From Octopus sinensis (lineage: Eukaryota): a stretch of 38,282 nucleotides of DNA. Positions 23,652-35,716 of the stretch are shown piece by piece. The notes beneath the pieces were generated by a model. It had not been told where the DNA came from. It saw nothing but the letters and a program-made list of their open reading frames with translations, and made no database searches. Each line of letters begins with the position of its first letter. The first letter of the stretch is position 1. The position numbers and the translations under genes are program-made. The stretch covers positions 1-38,282 of the forward strand of contig NW_021835804.1 of NCBI RefSeq assembly GCF_006345805.1, read 5' to 3'.

Positions 23652-26536
23652 TTTAAGAATTAGCACTTCCTTCTCTAAGCCTAGTTTCGAAATCGAATCC
23701 AAGAATCATCCAAACCAATGCAATTAAAGGCACGAAAATAGGATCCCTTTGTTCTGTCAAAAAGTGATTGATCATCTCCCTTTGACCTGCGACCTTCAGT
23801 CATGTCAGGCTGAGTTCAAATGGACAAATGCTGACCTAAATAAGCATTGTCTCTATTGCGATATGTCTGTTTTCTCCATTGTATTTATAATATTTGTGAC
23901 AGCTAGAAAAACAGACATATCGCAATAGAGACAATGCTTACTTAGGTCAGCATTTGTCCATTTGTACTCAGCCAGACATGGCTGTAGGTTGCAGGTCAAA
24001 GGGAGATGATCAATCACTTTTTGACCGAACAAAGGGATCCTATTTTCGTGCCTTTAATTGCATTGGTTTGGACGACCGATGATTCTTGGATTCGATTTCA
24101 ACGCTACCATGTTGGTTTATCCAAAACCAGACGCCCCACGATGTTTACTCGTTGATGCATCCGATTCCAGAGTTGGAGGAGTACTACAGCAGCTTGTTGA
24201 TGGTATATGGCAACAGTTGTCCTTCTTTTCTAAGCGGTTAAAACCCGCGGAAACCAAATACAGCACATTCAGTCAGGAATTATTAGCGGCATACCTGGCC
24301 GTTAAGCATTTCCGTCACATGCTAGAAGGTACCAATTTTGCCATATACACCGACCACAAGCCATTGGTATATGCATTTAACACCAAGCCGGATCGCCACT
24401 CGCCGAGAGAAATCCGCCACCTCAACTTCATATCGCAGTATACGACGGATATACGCCACATCAAAGGGACGACCAACTTAGCAGCCGATGCACTTTCACG
24501 CACGCAAATCAATGCTATCCACACCACGTCTACAATTGATCTGGCACGTATAGCAGCTGACCAGGAGAATGACGAAGAACTTCTAAAGCTCTGGAATTCA
24601 TCATCTCTGAAATTTCAGCATGTTCCGCTACCATCATCCACGGCCCATATTTGGTGTGATATCTCCACTGGTTACCAACGCCCTTATGTACCACAGAAAC
24701 ATCGTCGAGAAGTTTTCTCCGCTCTGCATTCTCTGTCATATCCTGGTATTCGCTCCACTCAAAAGCTGATATCGACCCGTTTTGTGTGGACAAGTATCAA
24801 CAAGGATATCAGAGAATGGACCAAGTGCTGTGTTGCATGCCAAAAAGCAAAAATCCACCAGCACATAAAATCACCAATCGGTTCATTTTCGCAACCCGAC
24901 GCACGATTTCAGCACGTTCACATTGATATCGTCGGACCCCTACCACCTTCGCAGAACTATACATATTTGCTTACCTGCGTAGATCGTTTTTCGCGATGGC
25001 CTAAAGCCTGGCCCTTACCTGATACATCAGCAGAAACGGTCGCCAAAACGCTGATATCACAATGGGTTTCGCGTTTTGGCACACCCGCAACAATCACCAC
25101 GAACAGAGGACGTCAGTTCGATTCCCACCTTTTCACCGAGCTGACTCGTCTCCTCAGGTGTAAACACACCCGCACTACGGCTTACCACCCTGCAGCGAAT
25201 GGCATGGTCGAATGCTTTCACCGCCAACTCAAGGCATCTATCAAAGCAGCTCCAGACAGTTCTCACTGGTTGGAACATCTCCCTCTCATCCTCCTTGGAA
25301 TTAGATCCACGGTTAAGGAAGAACTGGGATATACTCCAGCTGAACTCGTTTATGGCACAGCACTCACCTTACCTGGGCAGATGATCGAACCTGTTTCACA
25401 AGACTTTCCTGACCCACAACAATATGTGCACCGATTACGGACATCCATGTCGCAATTATCACCTTCAGGCCCCAGACAACAGAACGTCGTTTCACGTGTC
25501 CCAAAAGACATCAACACCTGGACTCATGTTTTCGTGAGGAATGATGGGATACCATCTCAACTTCGGCTACCATATTCCGGGCCCTACAAGGTTATCAAAA
25601 GAGAACCCAAGTATTTCGTCCTCGATATTGGAGGTAAACGAAATACGGTCTCAATTGATCGTTTAAAAAAAGCTTTCATCGAGGAGGACTTACATTCAGT
25701 CCCCTCTTTTCCTCGAACAGACTCAACAACTCCAGCAAACACCACAGATTCTACACAACCCCAACACACCAAATCGGGAAGAACAGTTCGATGGCCAGCA
25801 AGGTTTGTGCAAGTTTTTCGGGTAAGTTCCGAACTCTTAACTTATCCATCTTCCTAAATGAAATGCATACATCAACACATATCTCACATAACTGCATCAC
25901 CCACATACAAACCCAGAGAAATCAAAGAACATTCGTGTACATAAAGAAAAAAAAAATGAAAACAAAAACGTGTTCCACATCAACGAAAAACTGTCTGAAT
26001 GAACATTTACGGAACATTTCACAATCGAACTTTGCCAATGAACATTTCTTTCATTTTTGCATGTACATATGTTTTGTTTTCTCTTTAAAATGTTTTGCCT
26101 TCTTGTAAATATATTTTTTGCTACCTGTATGTTTACACACATTTACAAGTCATATTCTCATGTGTGCTACCACTCGATCTTTTTCGCCACTGAAAGACAC
26201 CTTGCCTCTATTAGACCTCTCGTGGGTCGAGTAATCAATAGACGCACATCTCTTTCAACACGCCAACATATTTCTGCCTGGGCACATATACAAATTGCCC
26301 ACCATATAGCACACACAAACAGTAAACCTTTGCTTCATATTTTTATTGTTCATTTGTCTGTTACAATGTGTAAATTCTTTCTGCATATATGCAAAAAAAT
26401 AACATTCCAATATCGTTCGATCTCTGTGGCTTTCTCACTAGAAAGTGTAAGAATTAGCACTTCCTACTCTAAGCCTAGATTCGAAATCGAATCCAAGAAT
26501 CATCGGTCGTCCAAACCAATGCAATTAAAGGCGCGA
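23652..26536 (+). mobile_element. Rearranged Gypsy/Ty3 LTR retrotransposon: LTR(+), LTR(-), RNase H-integrase, 3' UTR, truncated LTR(+)
   Basis: Shared LTR-like sequence at 23652-23875 (+), 23880-24099 (-) and 26446-26536 (+); reconstructed ends TGTA...TACA. Confidence 0.8.
24100..25857 (+). CDS. Gypsy pol fragment (RNase H + integrase); open frame, probably inactive
   Basis: DASD, ELLA, TDHKPL, N.AADALSR, C..C, HIDIVGP, NGMVE, PYSGPY. Codons before 24100 in ORF 24058..25857 come from the inverted LTR. Confidence 0.9.
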   Translation, partial: NATMLVYPKPDAPRCLLVDASDSRVGGVLQQLVDGIWQQLSFFSKRLKPAETKYSTFSQELLAAYLAVKHFRHMLEGTNFAIYTDHKPLVYAFNTKPDRHSPREIRHLNFISQYTTDIRHIKGTTNLAADALSRTQINAIHTTSTIDLARIAADQENDEELLKLWNSSSLKFQHVPLPSSTAHIWCDISTGYQRPYVPQKHRREVFSALHSLSYPGIRSTQKLISTRFVWTSINKDIREWTKCCVACQKAKIHQHIKSPIGSFSQPDARFQHVHIDIVGPLPPSQNYTYLLTCVDRFSRWPKAWPLPDTSAETVAKTLISQWVSRFGTPATITTNRGRQFDSHLFTELTRLLRCKHTRTTAYHPAANGMVECFHRQLKASIKAAPDSSHWLEHLPLILLGIRSTVKEELGYTPAELVYGTALTLPGQMIEPVSQDFPDPQQYVHRLRTSMSQLSPSGPRQQNVVSRVPKDINTWTHVFVRNDGIPSQLRLPYSGPYKVIKREPKYFVLDIGGKRNTVSIDRLKKAFIEEDLHSVPSFPRTDSTTPANTTDSTQPQHTKSGRTVRWPARFVQVFRVSSELLTYPSS

Positions 26537-27488
26537 CAATACAAAACCCTGGAAATATTGCACATCTGCAGCAGAAGTTGGATACAATATACAGGTGGGC
26601 TGAGGACAACAACATGCAGTTTAATGAAGATAAGTTCCCGGCCCTGCGCTACCGGCACACAAAGGTAAACGACATGCAGACTGCATTCACTGGCCCGGGA
26701 AGAATTGTAATCAGTGAGTCATAATCAGAGCATGACCTGGGCATTGACATGAGCAATGATGCATCTTTCCAAGTGCATATTACTAATTTGGTGATAAAAT
26801 GCAGACGACTAGCTGGATGGATTTTCCGAACTTTCAGAACAGGAGAAAAGGAGACACTGATGGTCCTATGGAAAACTTTTGTCCTCAGCCACTTGGCCTA
26901 CTGCTCCAACTATGGTCACCACACAATATAAAACTAACAGCAGAACTCGAAGCAATTCAACGAAGCTACACAAAGAAGATCGTCTCAATGTAACATATCA
27001 GCTACTGGGAAAGACTGAAAGTATTAACACTCTTCTCCCTAGAGCGAAGGCGGAAGAGATATGCGGTGATATACATCTGGAAAATCCTGGAGGGTCTTGT
27101 CCAAAGTAACTCCAACCGCAGAATGGGGTGCCATTGCATGGTGCCAAAGATACCAACATTACCATCAAAATACAGGACCAGACACTGCAACAGCTTGCGT
27201 TACAGAGGACAACAGCTCTTTAACATCCTCCCTAAATGCCTGAGAGACATGCATGGTGTGGTTGTGGGTTTCTTTAAAACTAAACTGAATCTCTTCTTAT
27301 CGGGAGTCCCAGACGAACCTACCTCACGATACTAGACACAGATGCAGGCAACGGCATAGAACTCCCTTGTTGACCAAGTGCCACGTATCAGAGGTGGATT
27401 CACATATTAGCGTAGCTCATTCAGCAGTGGTGCCCCAGCATGGCCGCAGCCTTCGGACTGAAGCATGTTTAAGGATTTTAAGGATTTA
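26537..27488 (+). mobile_element. 5'-truncated CR1-group LINE
   Basis: IYRWAEDNNMQFNEDKF..LEAIQRSYTKKI..YRGQQLFNILPKCLRD; homologous to ~34290-35200; interrupts the Gypsy 3' LTR. Confidence 0.88.
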
Positions 27489-27858
27489 TATACATATATA
27501 TTTACATATACATATATATACATATATATATACATATACATATATGTACATATATATATATATACATATATATATACATATACATATATATATACATATA
27601 CATATATATACATATATATATATACGTATATTATATATATACATATATATATGCATATATTATATATATATTATATATACATATTATATATATATACATA
27701 TATAGATACATATATTATATATATAATATACATATATATATATATATACAATATATATACATATATATATAATACATATATATATAATACATATATATAT
27801 ATACATAGATATATATATACATATATTATATATATATATACATATACATATACATATA

Positions 27859-27893
<35 letters not shown>

Positions 27894-28111
27894 TATACAT
27901 ATATATATAAATATATTATATATATACATATATATATACATATATTAAATATATACATATACATATATATATATATACATATACATATATATATATTACA
28001 TATATTATATATATACATATATATACATATATATATACATATATTATATATACATATATTATATATATACATATATATACATATATATGTATATAATATA
28101 TATGTATATAC

Positions 28112-28142
<31 letters not shown>

Positions 28143-28213
28143 TATATATACATATTATATATATATACACATATATATATATACATATATATATATATGT
28201 ATATACATATATA

Positions 28214-28245
<32 letters not shown>

Positions 28246-28436
28246 CATATATATATACACATATATATATATACATATATATATATACATATATACATAT
28301 ATATATGTATATATATATATATATATACATATATATATGTATATATATATATAGATATATATATATATATATACATATATATATGATATATATATATACA
28401 TATATATATGTATATTATATATATACATTATATATG

Positions 28437-28467
<31 letters not shown>

Positions 28468-28595
28468 CATATATATATGTATATATATATATATACATGT
28501 TATATACATATATATATATACGTATATTATATATATATATAATATATATATAGATATATATATACATATATAGATATATATATATACATATATAG

Positions 28596-28632
<37 letters not shown>

Positions 28633-28743
28633 TATATACATATATGTATGTATACATATATAATATGTATATATATATGATATATATATGTATACATATA
28701 TATATGTATATATATATGTATATATATATATACATAATATATG

Positions 28744-28777
<34 letters not shown>

Positions 28778-28913
28778 CATATATATATGTATATATATAT
28801 ATATACATAGATATATATATATATACATATATTATATATATTATTATATATATATACATATATGTATATATATATATATACATATGTATATAATATATAT
28901 ATATACATATATG

Positions 28914-28944
<31 letters not shown>

Positions 28945-28966
28945 ATATATATATACATATAGATAT

Positions 28967-29003
<37 letters not shown>

Positions 29004-29057
29004 TAATATATATATATATATATACATATATATATAATATATATACATATATATATA
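27489..29057. repeat. ~1.57-kb (TA)n/(TACA)n compound microsatellite
   Basis: Direct inspection. Confidence 0.95.
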
Positions 29058-29270
29058 ATTTTGTGAAATAGAAAGATGAATAATCTAGTAGTAGATTAAT
29101 CAAAAGTTTAACCGATACCTTAGTAGCAAAAATCACAGCAGTGAACAGCACGGTTGGAGGTACAACCATCTGGCGTTGCAACCGTGCGTTGGTGCGGATA
29201 ATTGAAATTAAAACATTATTGGTGAATTGAAGAAATGGAGCTGAACGCAGATTGAACAGAAATCGTTTTA

Positions 29271-29361
29271 TTTCATTCTACACGTGTTTCGAAAGGCACA
29301 AATTACCAAAATCCGATTGAATAATGGGACCATATTGTGTCTTTCTCTTCAGGAAGAAAAA
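29271..29361 (-). ncRNA. Type I hammerhead ribozyme (left arm)
   Basis: UUUCUUC-CUGAAGA-GAAAG..CUUUC-GAAA-C-ACGU-GUA^GAAUGAAA; predicted cleavage between 29279 and 29278. Confidence 0.8.
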
Positions 29362-29532
29362 AGGAAATCCGTTGGAAAAACAAAAACAGAACAGAGGCAG
29401 AGCAAAAAACAAATCGAACTGTGCTCCTAAGAGCCCATGGCGAAACTCTTCGCCATGGGCTCTTAGGAGCACAGTTCGATTTGTTTTTTGCTCTGCCTCT
29501 GTTCTGTTTTTGTTTTTTCCAACGGATTTCCT

Positions 29533-29625
29533 TTTTTCTTCCTGAAGAGAAAGACACAATATGGTCCCATTATTCAATCGGATTTTGGTAATTTGTGCCT
29601 TTCGAAACACGTGTAGAATGAAAAA
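29533..29625 (+). ncRNA. Type I hammerhead ribozyme (right arm)
   Basis: CTGAAGA at 29542-48, stem II GAAAG/CTTTC, GAAA at 29604-07, C-ACGT-GTA; predicted cleavage after 29615; stem I TTTTTCTTC/GAA(T)GAAAAA. Confidence 0.82.
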
Positions 29626-30184
29626 TAAACGATTTCTGTTCAATCTGCGTTCAGCTCCATTTCTTCAATTCACCAATAATGTTTTACATATATAATATAT
29701 ATATATATATATATACTATATATATACATATATATATATCCGGTTCCGTTTTCAGCAGAGAAGGACGTGATTGCCTTTGCTCTGTGAAAAAGTTTGCATA
29801 GAATGGCGAAATAACCCACTGTAGTTGCAAAACGTAAAACTCTAAGTCATAGAGATCACTACAACACTTTGGTTAAAAATATTTTTTAAAATATATATAA
29901 ATATATACATATACACAGTAATTTTCATTTTCGCCGAAACGCACATGGTGCAAAAATAACTAAATCAAGTTATCTCCTGCAAGAAAGAAAAAGAAGTATC
30001 TCTCCTGAAAAATCCCGTAAACCAAAAAAAAATAATCCAGACCACATTGTTGGATTAAGTATCAATTTCATCTCTTTCATATTTTATTTATTATTCTATT
30101 TTATCTTTCACTTAGGCCCACATCTTAGTTAAAGTTGCGATCGTCATTTTGTTTGTTTACATTTTCAATATATGTTCTCGATAT

Positions 30185-31270
30185 AATAATTTTCCAGATA
30201 CTCTATCTTCTAATTAGCCTTAAGATTAAATTAAATAACGTTTAATATTGATACCGTCAAATTAGCCTTAGGATTAAATTAAATAACGTTTAATATTGTT
30301 TAATATTGTTAATAATTATTGTTAATTAGCCTTAAGATTAAATTAAATAACGTTTAATATTGTTTTAATATTGTTAATAATTTTTCAGATACTCTATCTT
30401 CTAATTAGCCCTAAGATTAAATTAAATAACGTTTAATATTAATAACGTCTAATTAGCCTTAGGATTAAATTAAATAACGTTTAATATTGTTCAATATTGT
30501 TAATAATTACTGTTAATTAGCCTTAAGATTAAATTAAATAACGGTTAATATTGTTTAATATTGTTAATAATTACTGTTAATTAGCCTTAAGATTAAATTA
30601 AATAACGTTTAATATTACCCACACTCTAATATAATATTAACATTGCTAATATATTTTCAGATACTCTATCTCCTGATTAGCCTTAAGATTAAATAACGTT
30701 TTTATCCACACTCTAATATAATATTAATATTGCTAATATATTTTCAGATACTCTATCTTCTAATTAGCCTTAAGATTAAATTAAATAACGTTTAATATTG
30801 ATAACGTCTAATTAGCCTTAAGATTAAATTAAATAACGGTTAATATTGCTTAATATTGTATATATAATTTTTCAGATACTCTGTCTTCTAATTAGCCTTA
30901 AGATTAAATTAATAACGTTTAATATTACCCACACTCTAATATAATTTAATATTGCTAATATATTTCCAGATACTCTATCTCCAAATTAGCCTAAGATTAA
31001 ATAACGTTTAATATCACCCACACTCTAATATAATATTAATATTGCTAATATATTTTCAGATACTCTATCTCCTAATTAGCCTTAAGATAAACAACGTTTT
31101 TATCCACACTCTAATATAATATTAATATTGCTAATACATTTTCAGATACTCTATCCCCTAATTAGCCTTAAGATTAAATAACGTTTTTACCCAAATAACG
31201 TTTTTTACACAAACTTTAATATTGTTAATATTTCTTTTTCAAGTACTCTATCTCTAATTAGCCTTAATAT
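30185..31270. repeat. AT-rich modular minisatellite, 15 core copies
   Basis: Core ATTAGCCTTAAGATTAAATTAAATAACGTTTAATATT counted 15 times, with interchangeable spacer modules. Confidence 0.92.
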
Positions 31271-31328
31271 CTTCCTGTCTTCTCTCGAACATAATTAGAT
31301 AGATAAACGGATAGACGGATTATCCAGC

Positions 31329-31622
31329 ATGTCCAGAGCATGGAGACGTGACGAGCTGGATTTATTCGTACGAGCATGGGAGTGCGCCGGCGGAGATAGC
31401 CCTAGGGAGGTGATTGCGGCTGCGCTGAAGAGCAGAGGCTACAAGAGGACAGCGGCTCAGATGGAGCGAAAGAGACAGGAATTCGTGCGCTCATATGCGC
31501 TTGTACGGTCGCACATTGGCGCACTTGATGCCATCTTTGAGAACGAGCGGGGCAAAGATGGCAAGAATGGAGACGATGAAAGAAGTCACCCCCACCTGGT
31601 GGACGCCCGGAGGAGGTTTTGA
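31329..31622 (+). CDS. Myb/SANT-like (trihelix-type) domain ORF; possible LINE ORF1 N-terminus
   Basis: W..DE..LF..AW......IA..L..RGYKRT..Q..RK pattern, recognised by eye. Confidence 0.6.
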   Translation: MSRAWRRDELDLFVRAWECAGGDSPREVIAAALKSRGYKRTAAQMERKRQEFVRSYALVRSHIGALDAIFENERGKDGKNGDDERSHPHLVDARRRF

Positions 31623-31842
31623 ATGAGAAAACCTGCCCGGGAAGTGAACCCAGGTGCAAGTTCTCCAACCGGCAGCAAGGGCCATGGAGACGGAGAACCC
31701 GGTGAAGAGGTAGAGGGGAAGAAGAACTAAAAGAAGGACTGGAAGAGCTAAAGGAAAAGAAAAAGCTCAAGCAGGACCAAAGAGTGAAACAACCAGAAAT
31801 AGAAGGAACCGCAAGGATGGAACCAAACAGCGCACACGGGTG

Positions 31843-31908
31843 TGTATGTTCTACCTGAGAGGTTCCTGCTGGCATGGAAAGGAAGGTGCAGGCTGCCGCT
31901 TTGCACAT
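31843..31908 (+). pseudogene. CCCH zinc finger, probable LINE ORF1 remnant
   Basis: CMFYLRGSCWHGKEGAGCRFAH (C-x7-C-x8-C-x3-H), preceded by an R/K/G-rich linker. Confidence 0.6.
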
Positions 31909-32149
31909 CGGGGACCCTGCCACAGAGACACGAGGCAGATGGACAAACCATCAACACAAAGAAAAGGGATGGACCACGCACCACCTGCCCCAAAGCGGAG
32001 GTACGCAGATGTTGTGCGCGCCACAAACAGCCAACATGATGTTGTCGAAGAGCAGCCGCTGAGCAACAATCTTTTTTGTGCATGGCACAAAAGATTGTAC
32101 AGCAGCTGACCTGGCTTCATCAAACCCAAGCCCGCAGGTGGGACTACCC

Positions 32150-35100
32150 ACTATATACCAGAACACCACAGCAAACAGACACAGGATGGACACCGCCGGC
32201 AACAAACGTACACCTCACCTCGATACTCCTACTGAACATCAGAGGACTGCAAACACTCAGTAACAGGACAAAGATTCCGTTCCTGAGAGACTTTGTTGCA
32301 TGCAATCAAGCCATATGCATAGCACTTACAGAAACGCACCTGAAACCGGACATAGCAGATGCGGAGTTATACATAACATTATGCTGTACTACGGACCGAC
32401 AGGAAAGAAAGGAGTCATGGAGGTGTTGCTATGTACATCCGTGAGGACCTCACACCCCAGGTCCTCTTGTCATACTCAAACTCGGTGTGGACACACTAAT
32501 TGTACATATTAAGCAACTTGATGTAGTTGTGTGTGCTACATATCGCCCTCCAGATGCCCCAAGCCATGTGGGCAAGTTTGAAGACTGCCTTATAAAAATA
32601 GAAGAAATTCTAACCACATTAGAACACAACATAGGTGTGTGCTTCTTATGGGAGACTTCAATCTGCCCAATGTCAGATGGCCCGAGGGCCTTTCTCTCTC
32701 AGGAATGACAAGATGTGAACGAGGACAGGCGAGTCCCTCCTGAACCTCATCAACACCCTGTACATGGAGCAGGTAATACTCCAACCAACCAGGGCAGGTA
32801 ACACACTGGATCTCTGCTTCACAAATGACATGGATCTCATCCATAATGTGAAAGTGACACCGACACTACTCTCGGATCACAACATGATAGAGCTCACCAT
32901 GTACGGGCCAAAAGAGAGCACGGACATGCAGCCTACAAGAAACCCCCAAAATCTTTACAGCTTGAACTACCATAAGGCAAACTGGAAACAAATTGAGAAA
33001 GAGATCCTCAAACAAAACTGGCCTAAATGTCTCTCCTCGCCAGACATCGACGTGAAACTTCAACAATTCATGTCTGTAATGCAAGCCATATGCTACAAAT
33101 GTGTCCCAGAGAGAAAGGCCACTGTACACAAGAACAAAATCCCCAGAGAGAGGAAAATCTTAATGAGACGGCGTACGAAATTTCAAATCGCCTAAACAAA
33201 CAGATTGAAAGCAGTGAAAAGTCCCGCCTAAAAATAAAACTGTTGGAAATCGAAAAATGTCTGCAACTCTCCCATGAAAAGAAAGAGCAGACAAAGAAGC
33301 CTGGGCTATAGAAAAATAAAATCTAACCCAGAGCTTTCTACAGGTATGCCAAAGAAACAGCTACAGTGCACTGTAGAATAGGGCCACTCCTCGAAAAGGA
33401 TGGCACACTTACAGGAAACCATGAGGGTAAGTGAAATACTGAATGAGCAATTCAAGAGTGTTTTCACTCCACCCCTTGGGCATCTCCAAATCACCAATCC
33501 AACTGACTTTTTTACCACTGCAGATATAAAATCAGAGGCGGCGACGATAGATTACATCGATATAAAGGAAGACGATGTAACCAAGGCTATAGATGAAATG
33601 AAAAACAGACTCAGCTACTGGCCCCGATGGATTCCCGGCAATCCTCCTAAAAGCATGTAAGAGAGTCCTAGCAAGACCACTGCAGTTCCTCTTTCAGAGC
33701 TTCCTTGCAGCTGGCAAACTTCCAGGAAAACTGAAGGAAGGTAAAATATGCCCCATTCATAAGGAGGTAGCAGAGCGGAAGCCAAGAACTATAGACCTAT
33801 CTCTCTGACCTCACACATCGCAAGTCATGGAACGAATAGTCAGAAGGAAGCTGATCACCTTCCTTGAAGAGAATGACTTGCTGCCCGACACCCACATGGT
33901 TTCGACCAGGGAGAAGCTGTTTAACTCAGCTCCTACAAACACTATGACTGGGTGCTGAAACAGCTGCTCAACCACTCAAATGTGGAAGTGATATATCTCG
34001 ACTTTGCAAAGGCCTTTGATAAAGTCGATCATGGAATAATATGTCACAACTGCGTGATCTAAACATAGTTGGAAAACTGGGAGAATGGCTTCATGACTTT
34101 CTGAAGGATAGAAGTCAGGTGGTAGTAGCCAATGGGGCCACCTCCATTAACACACAAATAGTGAGCGGTGGTCCGCAGGGCACTGTTCTGGGACCACTAC
34201 TGTTCATAATGGCCCTCTCAGACATGCCCTCAGCCATGCAGAGAGCCACGATCACAAGTTATGCAGATGATACAAAAGTTTCACAGGCAATACAGAACCC
34301 TGAGGACGAAATATACAAGTGGGCTGAAAAGAATAGCATGCAGTTCAATGCTGGAAAGTTTCAAGCTTTATACTATCAGCATGCAAAACTGAATGCAATA
34401 CCCAATGAATACACTGGACCCGGAGGGATTGCAATCCCAGAGGCACAATCAGTGCGTGACCTGGGTATTCACATGAGTGATGACGCGACCTTTCATGTAC
34501 ATATTGCTAAACTGACAATGAAATGTAGACGGCGGCTGGCGGATTCTTAGAACCTTTAGAACAAGAGAACAAGAACCATGATGATCCTCTGGAACACTTG
34601 TCCTAAGCCACTTTGACTTATTGCTCTCAGCTATGGCACCCATCCAGTGTCAAGTTGATCACAGAACTTGAGGCGATCCAACGAAGCTACACAAAGAAGA
34701 TAGCCTCTATGCAGAATGTAAGCTACTGGGAAAGACTCAAGAGATTAAATTATATTCCCTGGAGCGTAGGCGGGAAGATATGCCATAATATATCTGGAAG
34801 ATCCTGGAGGGAAGTGTCCTGAACTTTGGACTGAGAGTTACGGCAAATGCCAGAACTGGGCGCCACTGCGTGGTGCCTAGGACTCCAAACATGCCATCAA
34901 GATGTAGGACAAGATTCTGTGATAGCCTGGGCTTCCGAGGCCCACAGCTCTTCAATATCCTCCGAAGAACCTGAGAGACCTGCATGGGTGGATACAGATG
35001 TCTTTAAATGAAGCTGGATCTCTTCTGTCAGGTGTCCCAGATGAACCAACTTCACGGCAGGAGGGGAAGATGAGGGCAGCTGCATCGAACTCTTCATGCA

Positions 35101-35222
35101 CCAAATAGCAGTTGCTAGAAAGCCTCCATGAAGTGAAAACAAGTAGCAACACCAAATGGCGGTGCCCCAGCATGGCCACAGCTCATAAGCTGAAACTAGA
35201 ACAATCAATCAATCCATCAATC
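32150..35222 (+). mobile_element. CR1-group LINE ORF2 (APE endonuclease + RT), multiply frameshifted, with 3' stem-loop and (ATCA)n tail
   Basis: LLLNIRGL..ALTETHL..GGV..GDFN..LDLCF..SDH; YRPISLTSH..HGFR.GRSC..IYLDFAKAFDKVDHG..PQGTVLGPLLF..YADDTK. Confidence 0.92.
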
Positions 35223-35224
35223 AT

Positions 35225-35379
35225 TACATATATATACTATACATATATATAATAGACATATATAGATATTTTATACTATATGTATATATATACATATATG
35301 TATATATATATATATACATATATATACATATATGTATAGATACATATACAATATGTATAATACATATATATAGTACCAT

Positions 35380-35415
<36 letters not shown>

Positions 35416-35585
35416 ATATCATATATAATATATATATATTACTATATATATATAGATATAATATATATATATACATATATATATATCACATATATATATA
35501 TACATTATATATTACATAATATATATATACATTATTATATAAATTTATATATATATACATATATATATATACATATAATATATAC

Positions 35586-35616
<31 letters not shown>

Positions 35617-35683
35617 CACATATATATATATATAACAGATATATATATACATATATATATATATATAATATATATATATATAC

Positions 35684-35716
<33 letters not shown>

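Larger units (their letters stand above)
29058..29686. mobile_element. Probable PLE-derived insertion in (TA)n containing a 478-bp palindrome (29209-29686)
   Basis: Arms of 236 and 238 bp, 4-nt loop ACTC (29445-48), differences confined to two homopolymer-run sites; TA tracts on both sides; one HHR per arm. Confidence 0.7.

Noticed and set aside
26057-26668. 203-aa ORF
   Set aside because: Crosses the Gypsy 3' UTR, the LTR and the LINE junction; no coherent domain.
27367-29181. Long Y/I-rich ORFs (up to 421 aa), also at 13514-13736 and 35486-37073
   Set aside because: Translations of stop-poor (TA)n/(TACA)n microsatellite.
29278-29643. Mirror-image ORFs on both strands
   Set aside because: A by-product of the palindrome; no protein motif.
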